Virus record (IMG/VR): IMGVR_UViG_3300036790_000198 | Coordinates: 3,426-67,425 of that record | Length of the DNA stretch: 64,000 bases | Strand: one strand, 5' to 3' | Origin: a virus | Part shown: positions 27,459-37,603 of the stretch, one piece after another | Layout of the letters: every line of letters starts with the position of its first letter | How positions within the stretch are numbered: position 1 is the stretch's first letter | Position numbers and translations under genes: made by a program | Notes under the pieces: model-generated | Databases searched by the model: none | What the model was told of the DNA's origin: nothing | The model's input: only the letters and a program-made list of their open reading frames with translations

Positions 27459-29521
27459 TTGAGCCCTGCCACCCTGATAAGATCAAACAGCACGCGCGCG
27501 TACCTCACGCCGCCGCTTAGATCCACGATCTGAAACAGCGCCTCATGCGTCTCACGGTGTCGCGTGACGTTCACCATCGCGTTCTCACCCGAGGTGATAG
27601 CGAGGGTGAGTGAGACGGCGGGCGTCAGGCCCCTCCACGGCAGAAGCACAATGCGGCTCTCGACATCGATCAGGCTGTAATTCAACTTCGCCGGCAGCCA
27701 CGGCAGGCGCGTATCGTCATAGAACGCGGCCTCGATGATGCAGGTCGTGCGCTCCAGGTACTCAGAACGGCCAAAGCGGACCCTACCCTGCGGCTCGGCG
27801 ATGATGATCGCGTAGCCATAGGGCGACTCGACGGGCGGCGGCAGCGTTCCGGTGAGCGCGGCAATGCCGGTCGACGCCGAGACCGCGGCCATCGTGATCG
27901 TTCCTGGCACTAGGAGCGCGCCGCCCGCCATCCCGGCAGTGAGGCCGGCGCCCGAGAGTGAGATTTGGGCGGCGCCATTCGGCTGTACGCGGCCCGCCGA
28001 GTTCGTCTCGCCCAGGGCGCCCGTCGTCCCGGCGCCGGCGGTCTGCGCCCTCGCGACCGATACAGATGCGCCCTCGCCATGCATCACCCCGGCCGCCGCC
28101 ATCAAGACGCTGGCTACGGATGGGACGGAGCCAAAGACTGAGATCGATGCCGGGATGCCCTCTTGAGCCGCGCCGACTGAGGTGCTGGCTGCGGATACCT
28201 GCAACCCCCCGGCGCCGATCGTTGGGGCCGCTGCAGCGCTGCCAGAGGCTCCACGGACCGCGCTCGAGCCCGCCCCTTTGACCAAGACGCACGCCCAGGT
28301 CGCAGCCGTAGCGAGGATCCTCAGCGCGCCCATGGCGGTAAGCTGGATCATGGCGGCGGTCGACATGCCACCCAAGGCGCCAATCTGGTCCGTGACGGGC
28401 TGGATCGGCTGCTCGGTGCCTGCGGTCATGGAGACAGCGAGGAAGCCGGAAGCGACCGCAGCGATGGGAGCGACTTTCGCGGTGCTCACTGCGGCCCCGG
28501 GCGCGCTCACTTGATCTGTGACTGGCGGTGTCGGCTGCTCAGCGTTTGCGGTGAGAGAGACGCCGATAAAGCCCGTGGCATTGGGATTTACCGGAGCGGC
28601 GATACCGGTGGCGAGCGCGCCGCCAGTGACGGCAGGGGAGAATGCGCCCCCTAGAGGGATGGCCCCAGAACTGTCGGCGACGCCCAGTCCCCGCACGGCC
28701 GCAGGGGCGCCTGTTTGTACTTGACCGACGGCGAGACTCGCGCCTGATGCCACGGGCGAGGCGGTCCCCGGCATCGGCGCGCTACCACTGGTGGCTGCGG
28801 CACCCGCCATCGCCAGTGCGCCAGCGCCGGTGAGTGCGGCATCAGCGGCAGAGGCGGCGGCTCCAAATGAGGTCATCGCGCCGGGGCTGGCGGCTGGCGT
28901 CAGCAGCCACTGAATAACGACGAAACCGTCCGTTCCATCCGCTGAAGTGGTGTAGGCCGGAGTGATCGATCCGCCGCTACCGGCATAGCCACTCCAGCAG
29001 TAGGCCATGTCGAAGTCATCAGATCCGGTGCCGCTCCCCAGGTTGGTTCCGGAGGTTGTGATCGTGTCGGTGCCTGAACTGGCGTTGTAGCAAAACGACA
29101 GGAGCGTCGAGCCGGAAGGCACCGTGACTGCGGTGCCGATGATGGCATTGGCACCGGTCCCGGGAGCGCTTCGGTTCACTACGGTCGGAGCGCCTACGGA
29201 AGAGACGCCCGAGTAGTCGATGCCCTGAGCGACGAGCCCGTCTCCGGATGTGGCTGTGCACGTCGTCGTCTGCGAGCTGCCACTCGCGCTTAACAGGTAC
29301 CCGGTGGCGGTCTCGTCAGAAACTGGATCAGTCCACGGGAAGCTGCCGCCGGAGGTCGTATAAGTGCCCCCGGTGCCGCTGAATGTACAGACGACGTTGC
29401 TTGAGAAGTCGACCGAAACAAATATCAGCGTGTCACTGGCGGCACTTGGGGTAAAGGCCGGTGACGTGAGCGGCGAGTTGCCCGAGAACGCCGTGATCAG
29501 CTTTTGGAAGGTGATCGCCAT
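27455..29521 (-). CDS. Accessory fibre-like protein (beta domain, Ala/Gly stalk, C-terminal domain paralogous to 45093-45473)
   Basis: Composition and internal paralogy; no signal peptide. Confidence 0.75.
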   Translation of the reverse strand: MAITFQKLITAFSGNSPLTSPAFTPSAASDTLIFVSVDFSSNVVCTFSGTGGTYTTSGGSFPWTDPVSDETATGYLLSASGSSQTTTCTATSGDGLVAQGIDYSGVSSVGAPTVVNRSAPGTGANAIIGTAVTVPSGSTLLSFCYNASSGTDTITTSGTNLGSGTGSDDFDMAYCWSGYAGSGGSITPAYTTSADGTDGFVVIQWLLTPAASPGAMTSFGAAASAADAALTGAGALAMAGAAATSGSAPMPGTASPVASGASLAVGQVQTGAPAAVRGLGVADSSGAIPLGGAFSPAVTGGALATGIAAPVNPNATGFIGVSLTANAEQPTPPVTDQVSAPGAAVSTAKVAPIAAVASGFLAVSMTAGTEQPIQPVTDQIGALGGMSTAAMIQLTAMGALRILATAATWACVLVKGAGSSAVRGASGSAAAAPTIGAGGLQVSAASTSVGAAQEGIPASISVFGSVPSVASVLMAAAGVMHGEGASVSVARAQTAGAGTTGALGETNSAGRVQPNGAAQISLSGAGLTAGMAGGALLVPGTITMAAVSASTGIAALTGTLPPPVESPYGYAIIIAEPQGRVRFGRSEYLERTTCIIEAAFYDDTRLPWLPAKLNYSLIDVESRIVLLPWRGLTPAVSLTLAITSGENAMVNVTRHRETHEALFQIVDLSGGVRYARVLFDLIRVAGLN

Positions 29522-29522
29522 G

Positions 29523-31496
29523 CTACTGCACGGTCCAGTTCGTCACGCTCTGGACCGTGGAGTGGTTGTAGTCCGAGGCGCCAAAGCCTACGTAAGCGGC
29601 GCTCCCGTTGACCACCGTCGGAATGTTCACCGTCCAGCTAAAATTCTGAGTGGTCGAAGTGACGGTATCTTTCAGAGTCAGCGACAGCGTGGTCGTTGAA
29701 TTGTTGTAGGAGAGCGTCCCCTGCATCAAATGCCCGCTCGTGAGTGAAATGCCCGAGAGGCTCGTATCAGAGCCGTGCGGGACGGCGCCCCCCGTATACA
29801 TCCCTACGGTGCCGTTCCAGGCGTCGAACTTGACGCACAGGCTGGAGGGGATACCGGAATACCCAGCACAGGGAGCACTCTGCGAATAGTTCGGGAACCC
29901 GACGGCGTAAGGTCCTCCACCCCCGCTCATGCAGACGCCGGTCGAGGTATCGTCAGAGGCAGGGAGCGGATTGTTGATAATGAAGGTGAGCGCGTTTTGG
30001 CTCGGCGAGCCGGTCATCGAGAACTCGAACACAGTCGAGAGCGCGGTGATATCGACTGGCGCCAGATAGAAGGCGGTGCCGGTCTGCGACCCGCCGTCAC
30101 TTGAGCTCGGGGTGAGTTCGATATAACCCGAACCGTTCACGGTGGCGACGGCATTCGTTGCAATGCGCCCGGCGGAGCTGGCGAAGCCGCTCGGGTAATT
30201 GATCGTGGGGGTGCCGGATGACTGGATCTGGTAATCCGCCTGGGCTTGGAAACTATCAGTGAAGTTCGCCTGCACCGCTATCGCATTGACAATGGTGCTC
30301 GCGCTGACCGTAAACGAGCCGGTATAGAGCGTTGAGGCTTCGGTTGCCGGGCTGCCGTTGATCGTGTAATAGATCGATGCACCCGATGGGCCTGAGATCG
30401 TGATCATCTGGCCGCTCGAATATTGGCCTGCGGCGGGACTGATCGTCGGGGTAGCGAGGCGCGAGTTATACCCTGAATACTGCGCCCAGGACTTGCAGTA
30501 GACGTTGGCGGGGTTGATGACGCCGCCCGTCACCCCGAGGCGAGCAGTGCTCGCGCCAACAATCGTCGGAATGTCTACCGGCCATTCAAAGTACGCCTTA
30601 TTGCCCGTCCCCACGTCCGTGAAGACGACCGAGAGGATAGCGCCGTCGTAGACGATGTGGGCCGAGAATGTGTTGCCACTCTGCCCATAAAGCCCTTGCG
30701 GGGCCATATCCAAGGTCGCGGAAACGCCGTTATCGATGTAAGGAAGACAGTTGGCGTAAAGGCCTGCCATGGTGGGCGACACGCCGAAATTGCCCGCTCC
30801 TGTGCCCACGGGAGGCGTGGTATTGAACGCCACGCACACACTCGTCAGCGGCCCATAGCCCGCAGGATTCGTAGGGGGGGCATACTGGAAGTACCCCAAG
30901 CCATTGGAGTCGCCCTGCGCGACCGAACCCTTGACATCGTTCTGCATCACGAAGCAGAAGCCATAGCCGACGTTGGTCAGTGCATCGATCGTCGAGCCGG
31001 AGGCTATCGACAGGGAAGAACTGAGCGTGTAGGTGCCTGGTCCTCCGGTGCCGGTGCCAAAGGCCTTGACGTAGACTTCCTGTCCGCCAAAGTTCTGTAG
31101 CGTCGTGCCCACATAGATCGTCCCCGAGATCATGCTCGCGACCGTCATCGTCGTCCCTGAACTGCCTCCTACGAAAGAACACGTCCCATAGGGGCTGTCT
31201 CCAACTGAGAACGAGATGTCGGTTGTGAAGGAGGTGACGTCGTAGGTAGCGTGCGTGTACGCCTGGCCGGCATCGTGGATGCCGTCATTCGTCGTGACGA
31301 CGTAGAGATTATTGCCGCTATACCCGGTGCCAGCGTTGGTGGTGTCGATCGTTGCGGGCCGGGATGAGAAGTTGGCGTAATTGAAGATCGGTGTCGCGCC
31401 ACCCCCGCCACCGCTTCCTACGGCCGTGACAACTGCGCGACTAGCCGATACTCCTGAGAATGAGATCGCGCCAGCGCCGGTCAGTGGTGTGCCCAC
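29523..31496 (-). CDS. Carbohydrate-binding protein: two legume-lectin-like domains around a chitobiase/FN3-associated domain
   Basis: FTTDISF..., GF.F, VDIPTIVG..TA..GVTG and VNIPTVV..AYVGF; ATPTISPAAG.Y...IYYT.NGS...YT. Confidence 0.75.
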   Translation of the reverse strand: MGTPLTGAGAISFSGVSASRAVVTAVGSGGGGGATPIFNYANFSSRPATIDTTNAGTGYSGNNLYVVTTNDGIHDAGQAYTHATYDVTSFTTDISFSVGDSPYGTCSFVGGSSGTTMTVASMISGTIYVGTTLQNFGGQEVYVKAFGTGTGGPGTYTLSSSLSIASGSTIDALTNVGYGFCFVMQNDVKGSVAQGDSNGLGYFQYAPPTNPAGYGPLTSVCVAFNTTPPVGTGAGNFGVSPTMAGLYANCLPYIDNGVSATLDMAPQGLYGQSGNTFSAHIVYDGAILSVVFTDVGTGNKAYFEWPVDIPTIVGASTARLGVTGGVINPANVYCKSWAQYSGYNSRLATPTISPAAGQYSSGQMITISGPSGASIYYTINGSPATEASTLYTGSFTVSASTIVNAIAVQANFTDSFQAQADYQIQSSGTPTINYPSGFASSAGRIATNAVATVNGSGYIELTPSSSDGGSQTGTAFYLAPVDITALSTVFEFSMTGSPSQNALTFIINNPLPASDDTSTGVCMSGGGGPYAVGFPNYSQSAPCAGYSGIPSSLCVKFDAWNGTVGMYTGGAVPHGSDTSLSGISLTSGHLMQGTLSYNNSTTTLSLTLKDTVTSTTQNFSWTVNIPTVVNGSAAYVGFGASDYNHSTVQSVTNWTVQ

Positions 31497-31503
31497 TCAC
31501 GTA

Positions 31504-31794
31504 TCAGCCCAGCGCATCCACTCGCGCAACGAGGGCATCGGCGATCGCATTCGACTGCTCTCCGGTCAGCTCCGCAATCGCAACGCCGTCGAGCTCGCCC
31601 TGCCAGGACTGCACAAGCTGGCTATGAGCTTCGTCCGGCCAGCGCTTGCCGACTACGCGAAGGATGCGCAGTTTATGGCCCTTATGCTCGGCGACGTGAT
31701 GCTCGCCGGCGTGTGGCGTTTCCTGCAGAGTTGAATCGTGCGGGCCGATCAGGTTGATGGGCGTGGCGTCGTAGGACCAGTTGATTGTGGTCAT
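31504..31794 (-). CDS. Hypothetical protein
   Basis: 96 aa, tightly packed in operon. Confidence 0.55.
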   Translation of the reverse strand: MTTINWSYDATPINLIGPHDSTLQETPHAGEHHVAEHKGHKLRILRVVGKRWPDEAHSQLVQSWQGELDGVAIAELTGEQSNAIADALVARVDALG

Positions 31795-31804
31795 GTGTTG
31801 GTAC

Positions 31805-32527
31805 TCAACCTTTCTGGATCACGGCGGCCGAGGCGGCGATACTCGGCGTAATGCCCGAGGAAATGACTAGCGGTGTTGCCTTGTAGAGTATACCGGAACC
31901 GACTGCCGACGTGTTGACGGGACTGCCGTTTGAGGTCGTCGTCGAGAGCGTAATCGTGGATCCTGAGACGGTGCCGACATAGTAAAGCGTGCCACCGGTG
32001 ATGCCTGTGGGCAAGCTCTCAGTCCCTGGAACCGGATAGACCACAACCTGATCATTCACGGTCGCCGAGTAACCATAGACCGTCAACACGCCGGGGCTTG
32101 CCAGCGTGCAGGCGAACGGCACAACGGGGCCTGCGGTCGGGCCAAGAGCGCCGTGCGCAAGCAAAGTACCCGTTCCGGTCGATGAGAGGCCCAGGCCCCA
32201 GAACGCGGCAGTGCCGCCGGTCGCCCCGCAGGCGGCAAAGGAGATCTGCGCGGCATTGACGACGTTTGAGAACGTCGTGCCAGATCCTAGCGTCGCGGTA
32301 AAGCCGGACGTCGAGCGCGCTGAAGCCACACGCGCATAGTTGGTGTACGCGATCTCGCTTGTCGTCTGCGAGCCGGCATCGCCGGGGTCCGCTGTATGAA
32401 GCGACCAATAAAGACTCGTCACCGGACTACCGGCGTTTTGCGCGACCGCGCTCCAGGCGCCGGAGAAAGTCGCGGTGTAAAGCGCCTGAAGCTCCGCGAA
32501 CGATTGTGCGAAAGTTTGGATAGCCAT
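31805..32527 (-). CDS. Virion fibre-associated structural protein
   Basis: LY.SLHTADPG...E..Y..YAR, N...ISF, GTGTLL..G, I.SGITP motifs. Confidence 0.7.
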   Translation of the reverse strand: MAIQTFAQSFAELQALYTATFSGAWSAVAQNAGSPVTSLYWSLHTADPGDAGSQTTSEIAYTNYARVASARSTSGFTATLGSGTTFSNVVNAAQISFAACGATGGTAAFWGLGLSSTGTGTLLAHGALGPTAGPVVPFACTLASPGVLTVYGYSATVNDQVVVYPVPGTESLPTGITGGTLYYVGTVSGSTITLSTTTSNGSPVNTSAVGSGILYKATPLVISSGITPSIAASAAVIQKG

Positions 32528-32626
32528 GAATGATGTCTCTCTAAAGTTACTTGACTTGCAGAATCGTGCGCAGACCTCGCGCCCGGTACTCCGCGATATC
32601 CAACGCCCAGTCGGGGTAGAACAATT

Positions 32627-33256
32627 TCAGGACTTGGGTGAATCTGTCGCCGGTGGCGATGGACTCGAGAACTTGTCCCACCAAGCCGCCGCCGTCGCGC
32701 CAGAATTCTCGCCCGCGGTCAATGTCGGTAAGGAAAGATTGAATTCCGACGCATTCAAGTATGTAACTTGCGCACCGATCCGACCCGAGCAAATCTGTAG
32801 GAACTCCTTCAGGTTCTGGCGCGGAAAATTTCGCGACGCACACGTAAAATACACGGCGCCGGCCTGCACCTCCCTGGCCTCACGCGCCGACAATACGTCC
32901 CGGTTGACGCACTCATCGAGCGGCACCGCTTCCCACTTCGTTCCCGTGGGTGCGAATACGTTGGTCAGTCGGCGGATTTCACCGAGCAGACCGCGCTCGA
33001 CTCCGACGCTCTTCGTCTGCGGATCATCCTTCCAGACGCCGATACGCTCGGAGACCTCTTTCAGGATCAGGTCGGCATTGCGGATACCGCCGCTACGGAT
33101 GAGCCCATCGGCATCCATCTGCGCGTAGGTCATGTTGAGCGGACGGTGGTAAGCGAGGAAGGTCGCCTCCTCTATCGGCGTCGAATGCGCGAACAGCACT
33201 ACGCCATCGTCGCGCTCGATCGGGAGCACCAGATTTAAGGCCTTATCGATGCGCAT
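32627..33256 (-). CDS. Tail assembly chaperone
   Basis: Directly after tube gene; overlapping -1 frame continues to 32547. Confidence 0.65.
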   Translation of the reverse strand: MRIDKALNLVLPIERDDGVVLFAHSTPIEEATFLAYHRPLNMTYAQMDADGLIRSGGIRNADLILKEVSERIGVWKDDPQTKSVGVERGLLGEIRRLTNVFAPTGTKWEAVPLDECVNRDVLSAREAREVQAGAVYFTCASRNFPRQNLKEFLQICSGRIGAQVTYLNASEFNLSLPTLTAGENSGATAAAWWDKFSSPSPPATDSPKS

Positions 33257-33259
33257 TTG

Positions 33260-33697
33260 CTATGGGAACAGGGCGCTGTTGGTCGGGTACGCGCCCCTCA
33301 ACGTCACCGTAATGTCAGGCTTGTCCCCGTTGAAGTCCATGCCGTCGGGATTGACGATCGCGACCTGGTAGAGGTCGAACGCCGGGAAGTTGCTCGAATC
33401 CGAGCGAACGGTGACGGCGCCGAGCAGCGTGTTGGTTTCCCACTGACTTTTATAAAGCGCCGCGATGTTCATGGCTTTATTGATGTCAACGGCCAGCGTC
33501 GCCATCACGTAGAACTGGGGCGAGGTCACAACTCCCAAGGCGACAGGCAGATGGCGCGTCATCTCGCCATCGAAGGTCAAGCGGGCCATCGCCTTGCCCA
33601 TGACGGAGGGCGTCAGGTTGAGCGAGAGGAATGAGGGAATGGAGACGCTCGTCAGGGCGAGGTTGATCGTGCCCAATTGCGGGCTAGGATTGGCCAC
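33260..33697 (-). CDS. Tail tube protein
   Basis: 145 aa, follows sheath. Confidence 0.7.
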   Translation of the reverse strand: MANPSPQLGTINLALTSVSIPSFLSLNLTPSVMGKAMARLTFDGEMTRHLPVALGVVTSPQFYVMATLAVDINKAMNIAALYKSQWETNTLLGAVTVRSDSSNFPAFDLYQVAIVNPDGMDFNGDKPDITVTLRGAYPTNSALFP

Positions 33698-33707
33698 CGT
33701 TTACTCC

Positions 33708-35093
33708 TCAGCCTGCCACTGTGTTGTTACTGACCAAGACCGCGATCAGGATGTGCCTGAAGAACTGCGGCGCCCAGAACGCGATCGTTATGCCGCCGTA
33801 GGTGTTCGCAGCGTAGAGACTCGGGTTCTGCGTGATGTACGTGATGTACGGCACGGCGTTGATGACGTTTTGCCCGACATAGTCGCCATCGTTGAGATTG
33901 TTTACGAAAGTCTGCTGGTCCAAGCTCGTGCGGGTGACCGAGCCTTGCGAAAGCGCATATGCAACTGAGTTCACGAGCAACTGGTATTCGGAGTCCTGAA
34001 GGGTGTTGATGCCGGCTTGGCTGTACCAGAGGGGCGCCAAAGAATTGTTCGAGCCCTGGATGACGACGTTCGCCGCAGTCTGCTGCGCGTTGATGGCAAG
34101 ATTATCGATCGCATACCACCAGGATGCGTCGTTGCCGTCCATCAGGGTGCCGGCGGATACCATCGACTGCGTCGGGAAGCCGCCCTCGGCGGCAGTCGCG
34201 ACGTAGTTGACGTTGGCGCTCGTCAGTGTCGCAAGGAGCGCTGAGTTGCCGAGCACCGGATACGGCGTCGCATCATTCAGATATTTGTACGCGAATGGGG
34301 TCAACTGATTGGTCGAGGACGGTGCGTAGGAGAGGAACGCCTGGAAAGCCTCTGCCGCATCGAACTCGGTGAGATAGACGCCCGGCGCCTCGACCCATGT
34401 CTGAATCGACTTGATGCCGGCGTAGGCGGAATACGTGCCGGTCGTTGTCGTGGTCCAGAAATAGGTCTTGGAGGTATCGGTATTGAACTGATTGGCGAGC
34501 GCGATGAAATTCGCCGAGCCGTCCCAGGTCTTCGGGATAAGGTAGACGTAGAACACCTGGCTCGTCGCGTTGACCGCGATGAATGTGCCAAGAGCAGTGG
34601 GACCGGTGGAAGCATCCGACGGCCCGAGCTCGAGCACGTACACGCCCTTGCTCGTCCCTTGCGCAAAGAAGTCCGTCACCGCCAACTGCAGCAGTACCTG
34701 ACTCGGAGGCGTATACGTGCCGGCCGCGGTCTCGCTCCCGGGATTGCCTGCGAGCGCGTAAGTGAACGTCGCCGGACCGGTAACAGCCGCGATGACCGTG
34801 CCATTGAAGCCTACGGGTGAGGCATTGGCGATCGTGGTCTCGAAGGTGTCGCCGGTTGTGAGCCCGGGGATATTGGCCGCAGCGGTCGCCGTGACCGTCC
34901 CGGCGCTCCAGGTTAGGCTCGAGAGTGTGAGGGGCGGGGCAATGAGTGGGGTGAGGTCGGACTCTTGCGTGAGGAGCGAATACGCCCCCGAGGCAAGGGA
35001 GGTCCCGCCTTGGGAGATTATGGCACCAGTACCCTGAAGGGTATTGGGCGTCGCTCCGAGTAAGGTCGAGACGGTGAGACTGACAATTGACAC
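33708..35093 (-). CDS. Tail sheath protein (DUF3383-like)
   Basis: FFAQG...VYVLELG, WY..D, PL.Y.Q.GIN.L. Confidence 0.8.
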   Translation of the reverse strand: MSIVSLTVSTLLGATPNTLQGTGAIISQGGTSLASGAYSLLTQESDLTPLIAPPLTLSSLTWSAGTVTATAAANIPGLTTGDTFETTIANASPVGFNGTVIAAVTGPATFTYALAGNPGSETAAGTYTPPSQVLLQLAVTDFFAQGTSKGVYVLELGPSDASTGPTALGTFIAVNATSQVFYVYLIPKTWDGSANFIALANQFNTDTSKTYFWTTTTTGTYSAYAGIKSIQTWVEAPGVYLTEFDAAEAFQAFLSYAPSSTNQLTPFAYKYLNDATPYPVLGNSALLATLTSANVNYVATAAEGGFPTQSMVSAGTLMDGNDASWWYAIDNLAINAQQTAANVVIQGSNNSLAPLWYSQAGINTLQDSEYQLLVNSVAYALSQGSVTRTSLDQQTFVNNLNDGDYVGQNVINAVPYITYITQNPSLYAANTYGGITIAFWAPQFFRHILIAVLVSNNTVAG

Positions 35094-35111
35094 TGGTTAG
35101 GCTCCGGTCAA

Positions 35112-36053
35112 TTACGCGGGCAATTTGTTGAGGAGAATGGTAGGCACGGCTTTGAGAATCAGTTTCTGCGCCACCGTGTTGACGCGTGATTGGGTGTAGG
35201 AGACTCTCACATCGATCATTTTCTGCATGGCGATGGCTTGCAGTTCCTGCTGCGGGCGCTTGCCGTCCACGACTGTCGTGGCTTTCATGATGCCAAAGTT
35301 GTTAGTATCCAGGGTGTACTGAAACATGGCGTTCAAAAAGTCGATGGCCTCGTTGCTCTGCAGGCCATAGAGCACAATCCGCACGTTGTCTGCTACCAAC
35401 TGCGTGCTGGAGGAGTTCGCATCTAGGCCCGGCATCACGGTCAGTGGCTCTGGCCCGCTGATGATGACTGCCCCATAAGGAGGGGTCAGATTAGGTTCCA
35501 CCAGATCCGCCGGATAAAGAGTCAAGTTCGGCTTGAAGCCGTAGAGAGGCTTGTACCGAGCGAAATCGAGCCAAAGCGGCATGCTGTTGGAGACCACCGC
35601 TCGGGTGGGATCGATGAGCCCTGGCGTATCGAGTAAGAGCGAAGCCAGCGCCGGGTAAATCGACTTGCACTCGTAGTGCCAGATACCGGCCTGCTCATAG
35701 CGACCCATCTGACGCGAGAAGGCGAAACGGAACTCCTCGACCGTGGCCACGAAGATCGTGTTGGGCGGCGCGCTCTCGAAATCGGTGATCCGACTGTCGG
35801 CCGTAAACCAGATATGCGCGAGGCCCACCGTCTCGTCCTCATTCTGTTCCCAGTCCTGGGAGAAGTGCAGCGACCCGCCGATCGGCTGCGTCTTCACCGT
35901 CGGCTGCCAATAGACGTACTTGTCATACGGCAACACGACGCGCGAGTAGCATTGAAAGACGAGTTCGCGGTGGCCGCTCAATTGATCTTTGGCGGCGCGC
36001 AGCAGCCCTGCCTCTTGGCCCGAGGCATCGGCGCCTTCGTCGAGAAGGCCCAT
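35112..36053 (-). CDS. Head closure / tail completion protein
   Basis: Position upstream of sheath; TGATG overlap. Confidence 0.55.
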   Translation of the reverse strand: MGLLDEGADASGQEAGLLRAAKDQLSGHRELVFQCYSRVVLPYDKYVYWQPTVKTQPIGGSLHFSQDWEQNEDETVGLAHIWFTADSRITDFESAPPNTIFVATVEEFRFAFSRQMGRYEQAGIWHYECKSIYPALASLLLDTPGLIDPTRAVVSNSMPLWLDFARYKPLYGFKPNLTLYPADLVEPNLTPPYGAVIISGPEPLTVMPGLDANSSSTQLVADNVRIVLYGLQSNEAIDFLNAMFQYTLDTNNFGIMKATTVVDGKRPQQELQAIAMQKMIDVRVSYTQSRVNTVAQKLILKAVPTILLNKLPA

Positions 36054-36556
36054 CAGGACACCCACGCCGCGAACGAAGACATATACGTGCCGGTGTCACG
36101 GAACGACACCCGCCGCGGATTGCTTCGCCGGTACGGGTGAGCAAGGCGGTGACTGACGCCCCGCATCGCCGCCCCGGTCGGCGTCCCCGGTATCCCGGCC
36201 CGCTCCGCCGCGCCCGATGAGATCCAACGCTTGAAGTCCGACTGAATCGCCGACATGCCGCGGGCGAATGGGCTGACTCGCCGGCCCGTGATCAACGCCT
36301 CGAGCGCGCCCTCGACCGAGTCCGCCAGCGCGTTCTCGATGACCTTGCCGCGCACGCGCGCGTAGGTCTCCATGATCCCGTAGCGGTGCTCGAGCCACTG
36401 CGCCACATCCCCGGTGGTCACAGCGCCCACCTTGGCGGTCGCGGTGCGGTAGGGAACGACCATGACGCCCAAATTCAATGTCGGGCCCTTGCCCGAACTG
36501 ACCGCAGGGGCTGCCCCACCGCCGCCGTAGGCACCGGTGGTGTCGCGAAAGAGCAT
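36053..36556 (-). CDS. Neck / tail completion protein
   Basis: VA.WLE..YG, R.SF.DTG.Y..S. Confidence 0.6.
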   Translation of the reverse strand: MLFRDTTGAYGGGGAAPAVSSGKGPTLNLGVMVVPYRTATAKVGAVTTGDVAQWLEHRYGIMETYARVRGKVIENALADSVEGALEALITGRRVSPFARGMSAIQSDFKRWISSGAAERAGIPGTPTGAAMRGVSHRLAHPYRRSNPRRVSFRDTGTYMSSFAAWVS

Positions 36557-36591
36557 GGGGCGGCTTGGCTAGGCTTACGCCGTGGAGTGGC

Positions 36592-36840
36592 TCAGACGAG
36601 CTTCAGGGCCGCGGCGGCCCCGGAGCCTGCGACCTGGATGCCGCCGAACTGCGCCGCGACGAACGCCTGGAACTGGTTCGCCACCTCGCGCAGCGCCTCC
36701 GGGCTCATGGCCTCGTACTCAACGGTGCCGAGGTAATCGCCAGCGGTGGTGGTGAAAAGCACCTTGCCGCCCGCGGGCGGGCGCGGAATAAAGGACATCT
36801 TCACTTGCGCGGCTGTGCCGTTGATGCCGTTTTGGGTCAC
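36592..36840 (-). CDS. Hypothetical protein
   Basis: 82 aa; GTGA overlap. Confidence 0.5.
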   Translation of the reverse strand: MTQNGINGTAAQVKMSFIPRPPAGGKVLFTTTAGDYLGTVEYEAMSPEALREVANQFQAFVAAQFGGIQVAGSGAAAALKLV

Positions 36841-37148
36841 GCGAACGACACCGCTAGTGTCTGGCCGGTACCCGGCGCCACGACGATGCCGGTGCCGCAG
36901 GGCCAGTTAAAAATGTACGTGCCGACGGTATTCGGGATGGTGCCGAACTGATTGGCGGCAGCGGCGGCACCGGTGGTAGCGATATCGTTCACCGTGCCCA
37001 CCGCGCTGCCGGCGACGACGACGGAGACGGCGACGCAGATGCCTGGGGTGGCCTTGAGCGCCGTAGCGGCCGTCACATTGAGAGCGGCCCGGTTACCGCC
37101 AGGCAAGCCGGCAGAGACGGTGACCGGGCCGACGAGGGTGGCGGCCAT
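36837..37148 (-). CDS. Small beta-rich virion decoration protein
   Basis: LNVTA...K..PG...G...D...GI.V.PG. Confidence 0.6.
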   Translation of the reverse strand: MAATLVGPVTVSAGLPGGNRAALNVTAATALKATPGICVAVSVVVAGSAVGTVNDIATTGAAAAANQFGTIPNTVGTYIFNWPCGTGIVVAPGTGQTLAVSFA

Positions 37149-37151
37149 GGC

Positions 37152-37583
37152 TTACGAGTAGGTCCCGGTACCGACGTTCTGCAGCGTCACGGTTGTCACC
37201 GTGGCGATAGTCACCACGAACTCGCGCCAGGTGTTTTGCGCAATCGTCGCGGTGCCCGTGACCGTGACGCCCGTTCCGCCCGCGACCGTCCAGGCGAAGG
37301 CGCCCGAAGATTCGTTGATGATGCATGCCTTATAGGTGAACCCGACATAGCGCTGCGCCTGGGGAATGGCGGCGATGATGTTCACGGCCGTGTCGGTAGT
37401 GGCGATACGGGCCGCGGTCAGAACGCCGGTCAATGCCAGGTCGACCTCGACCGCGCCGCCAGTCAGATTCGCAGCGGTAACGACGTGGGCAACGGCAGAG
37501 GAATCGGCATTGAATGCGATATTGGGCTGCGCGGCCTCTCGCAAACCGTTCGGATTGTTCCAAGGCAAAACATTCTGTGGCAT
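37152..37583 (-). CDS. Putative head decoration/fibre protein
   Basis: T.TA..I.AA.P, GGTGVT..G; start at MPQNVLP. Confidence 0.6.
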   Translation of the reverse strand: MPQNVLPWNNPNGLREAAQPNIAFNADSSAVAHVVTAANLTGGAVEVDLALTGVLTAARIATTDTAVNIIAAIPQAQRYVGFTYKACIINESSGAFAWTVAGGTGVTVTGTATIAQNTWREFVVTIATVTTVTLQNVGTGTYS

Positions 37584-37603
37584 GAGTGAGAATCTCCGAA
37601 AGC

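Noticed and set aside
7812-32527. Diversity-generating retroelement or invertible fibre cassette
   Set aside because: No reverse transcriptase or invertase seen, and no adenine-specific TR/VR pair noticed; repeats are diverged protein-level duplications
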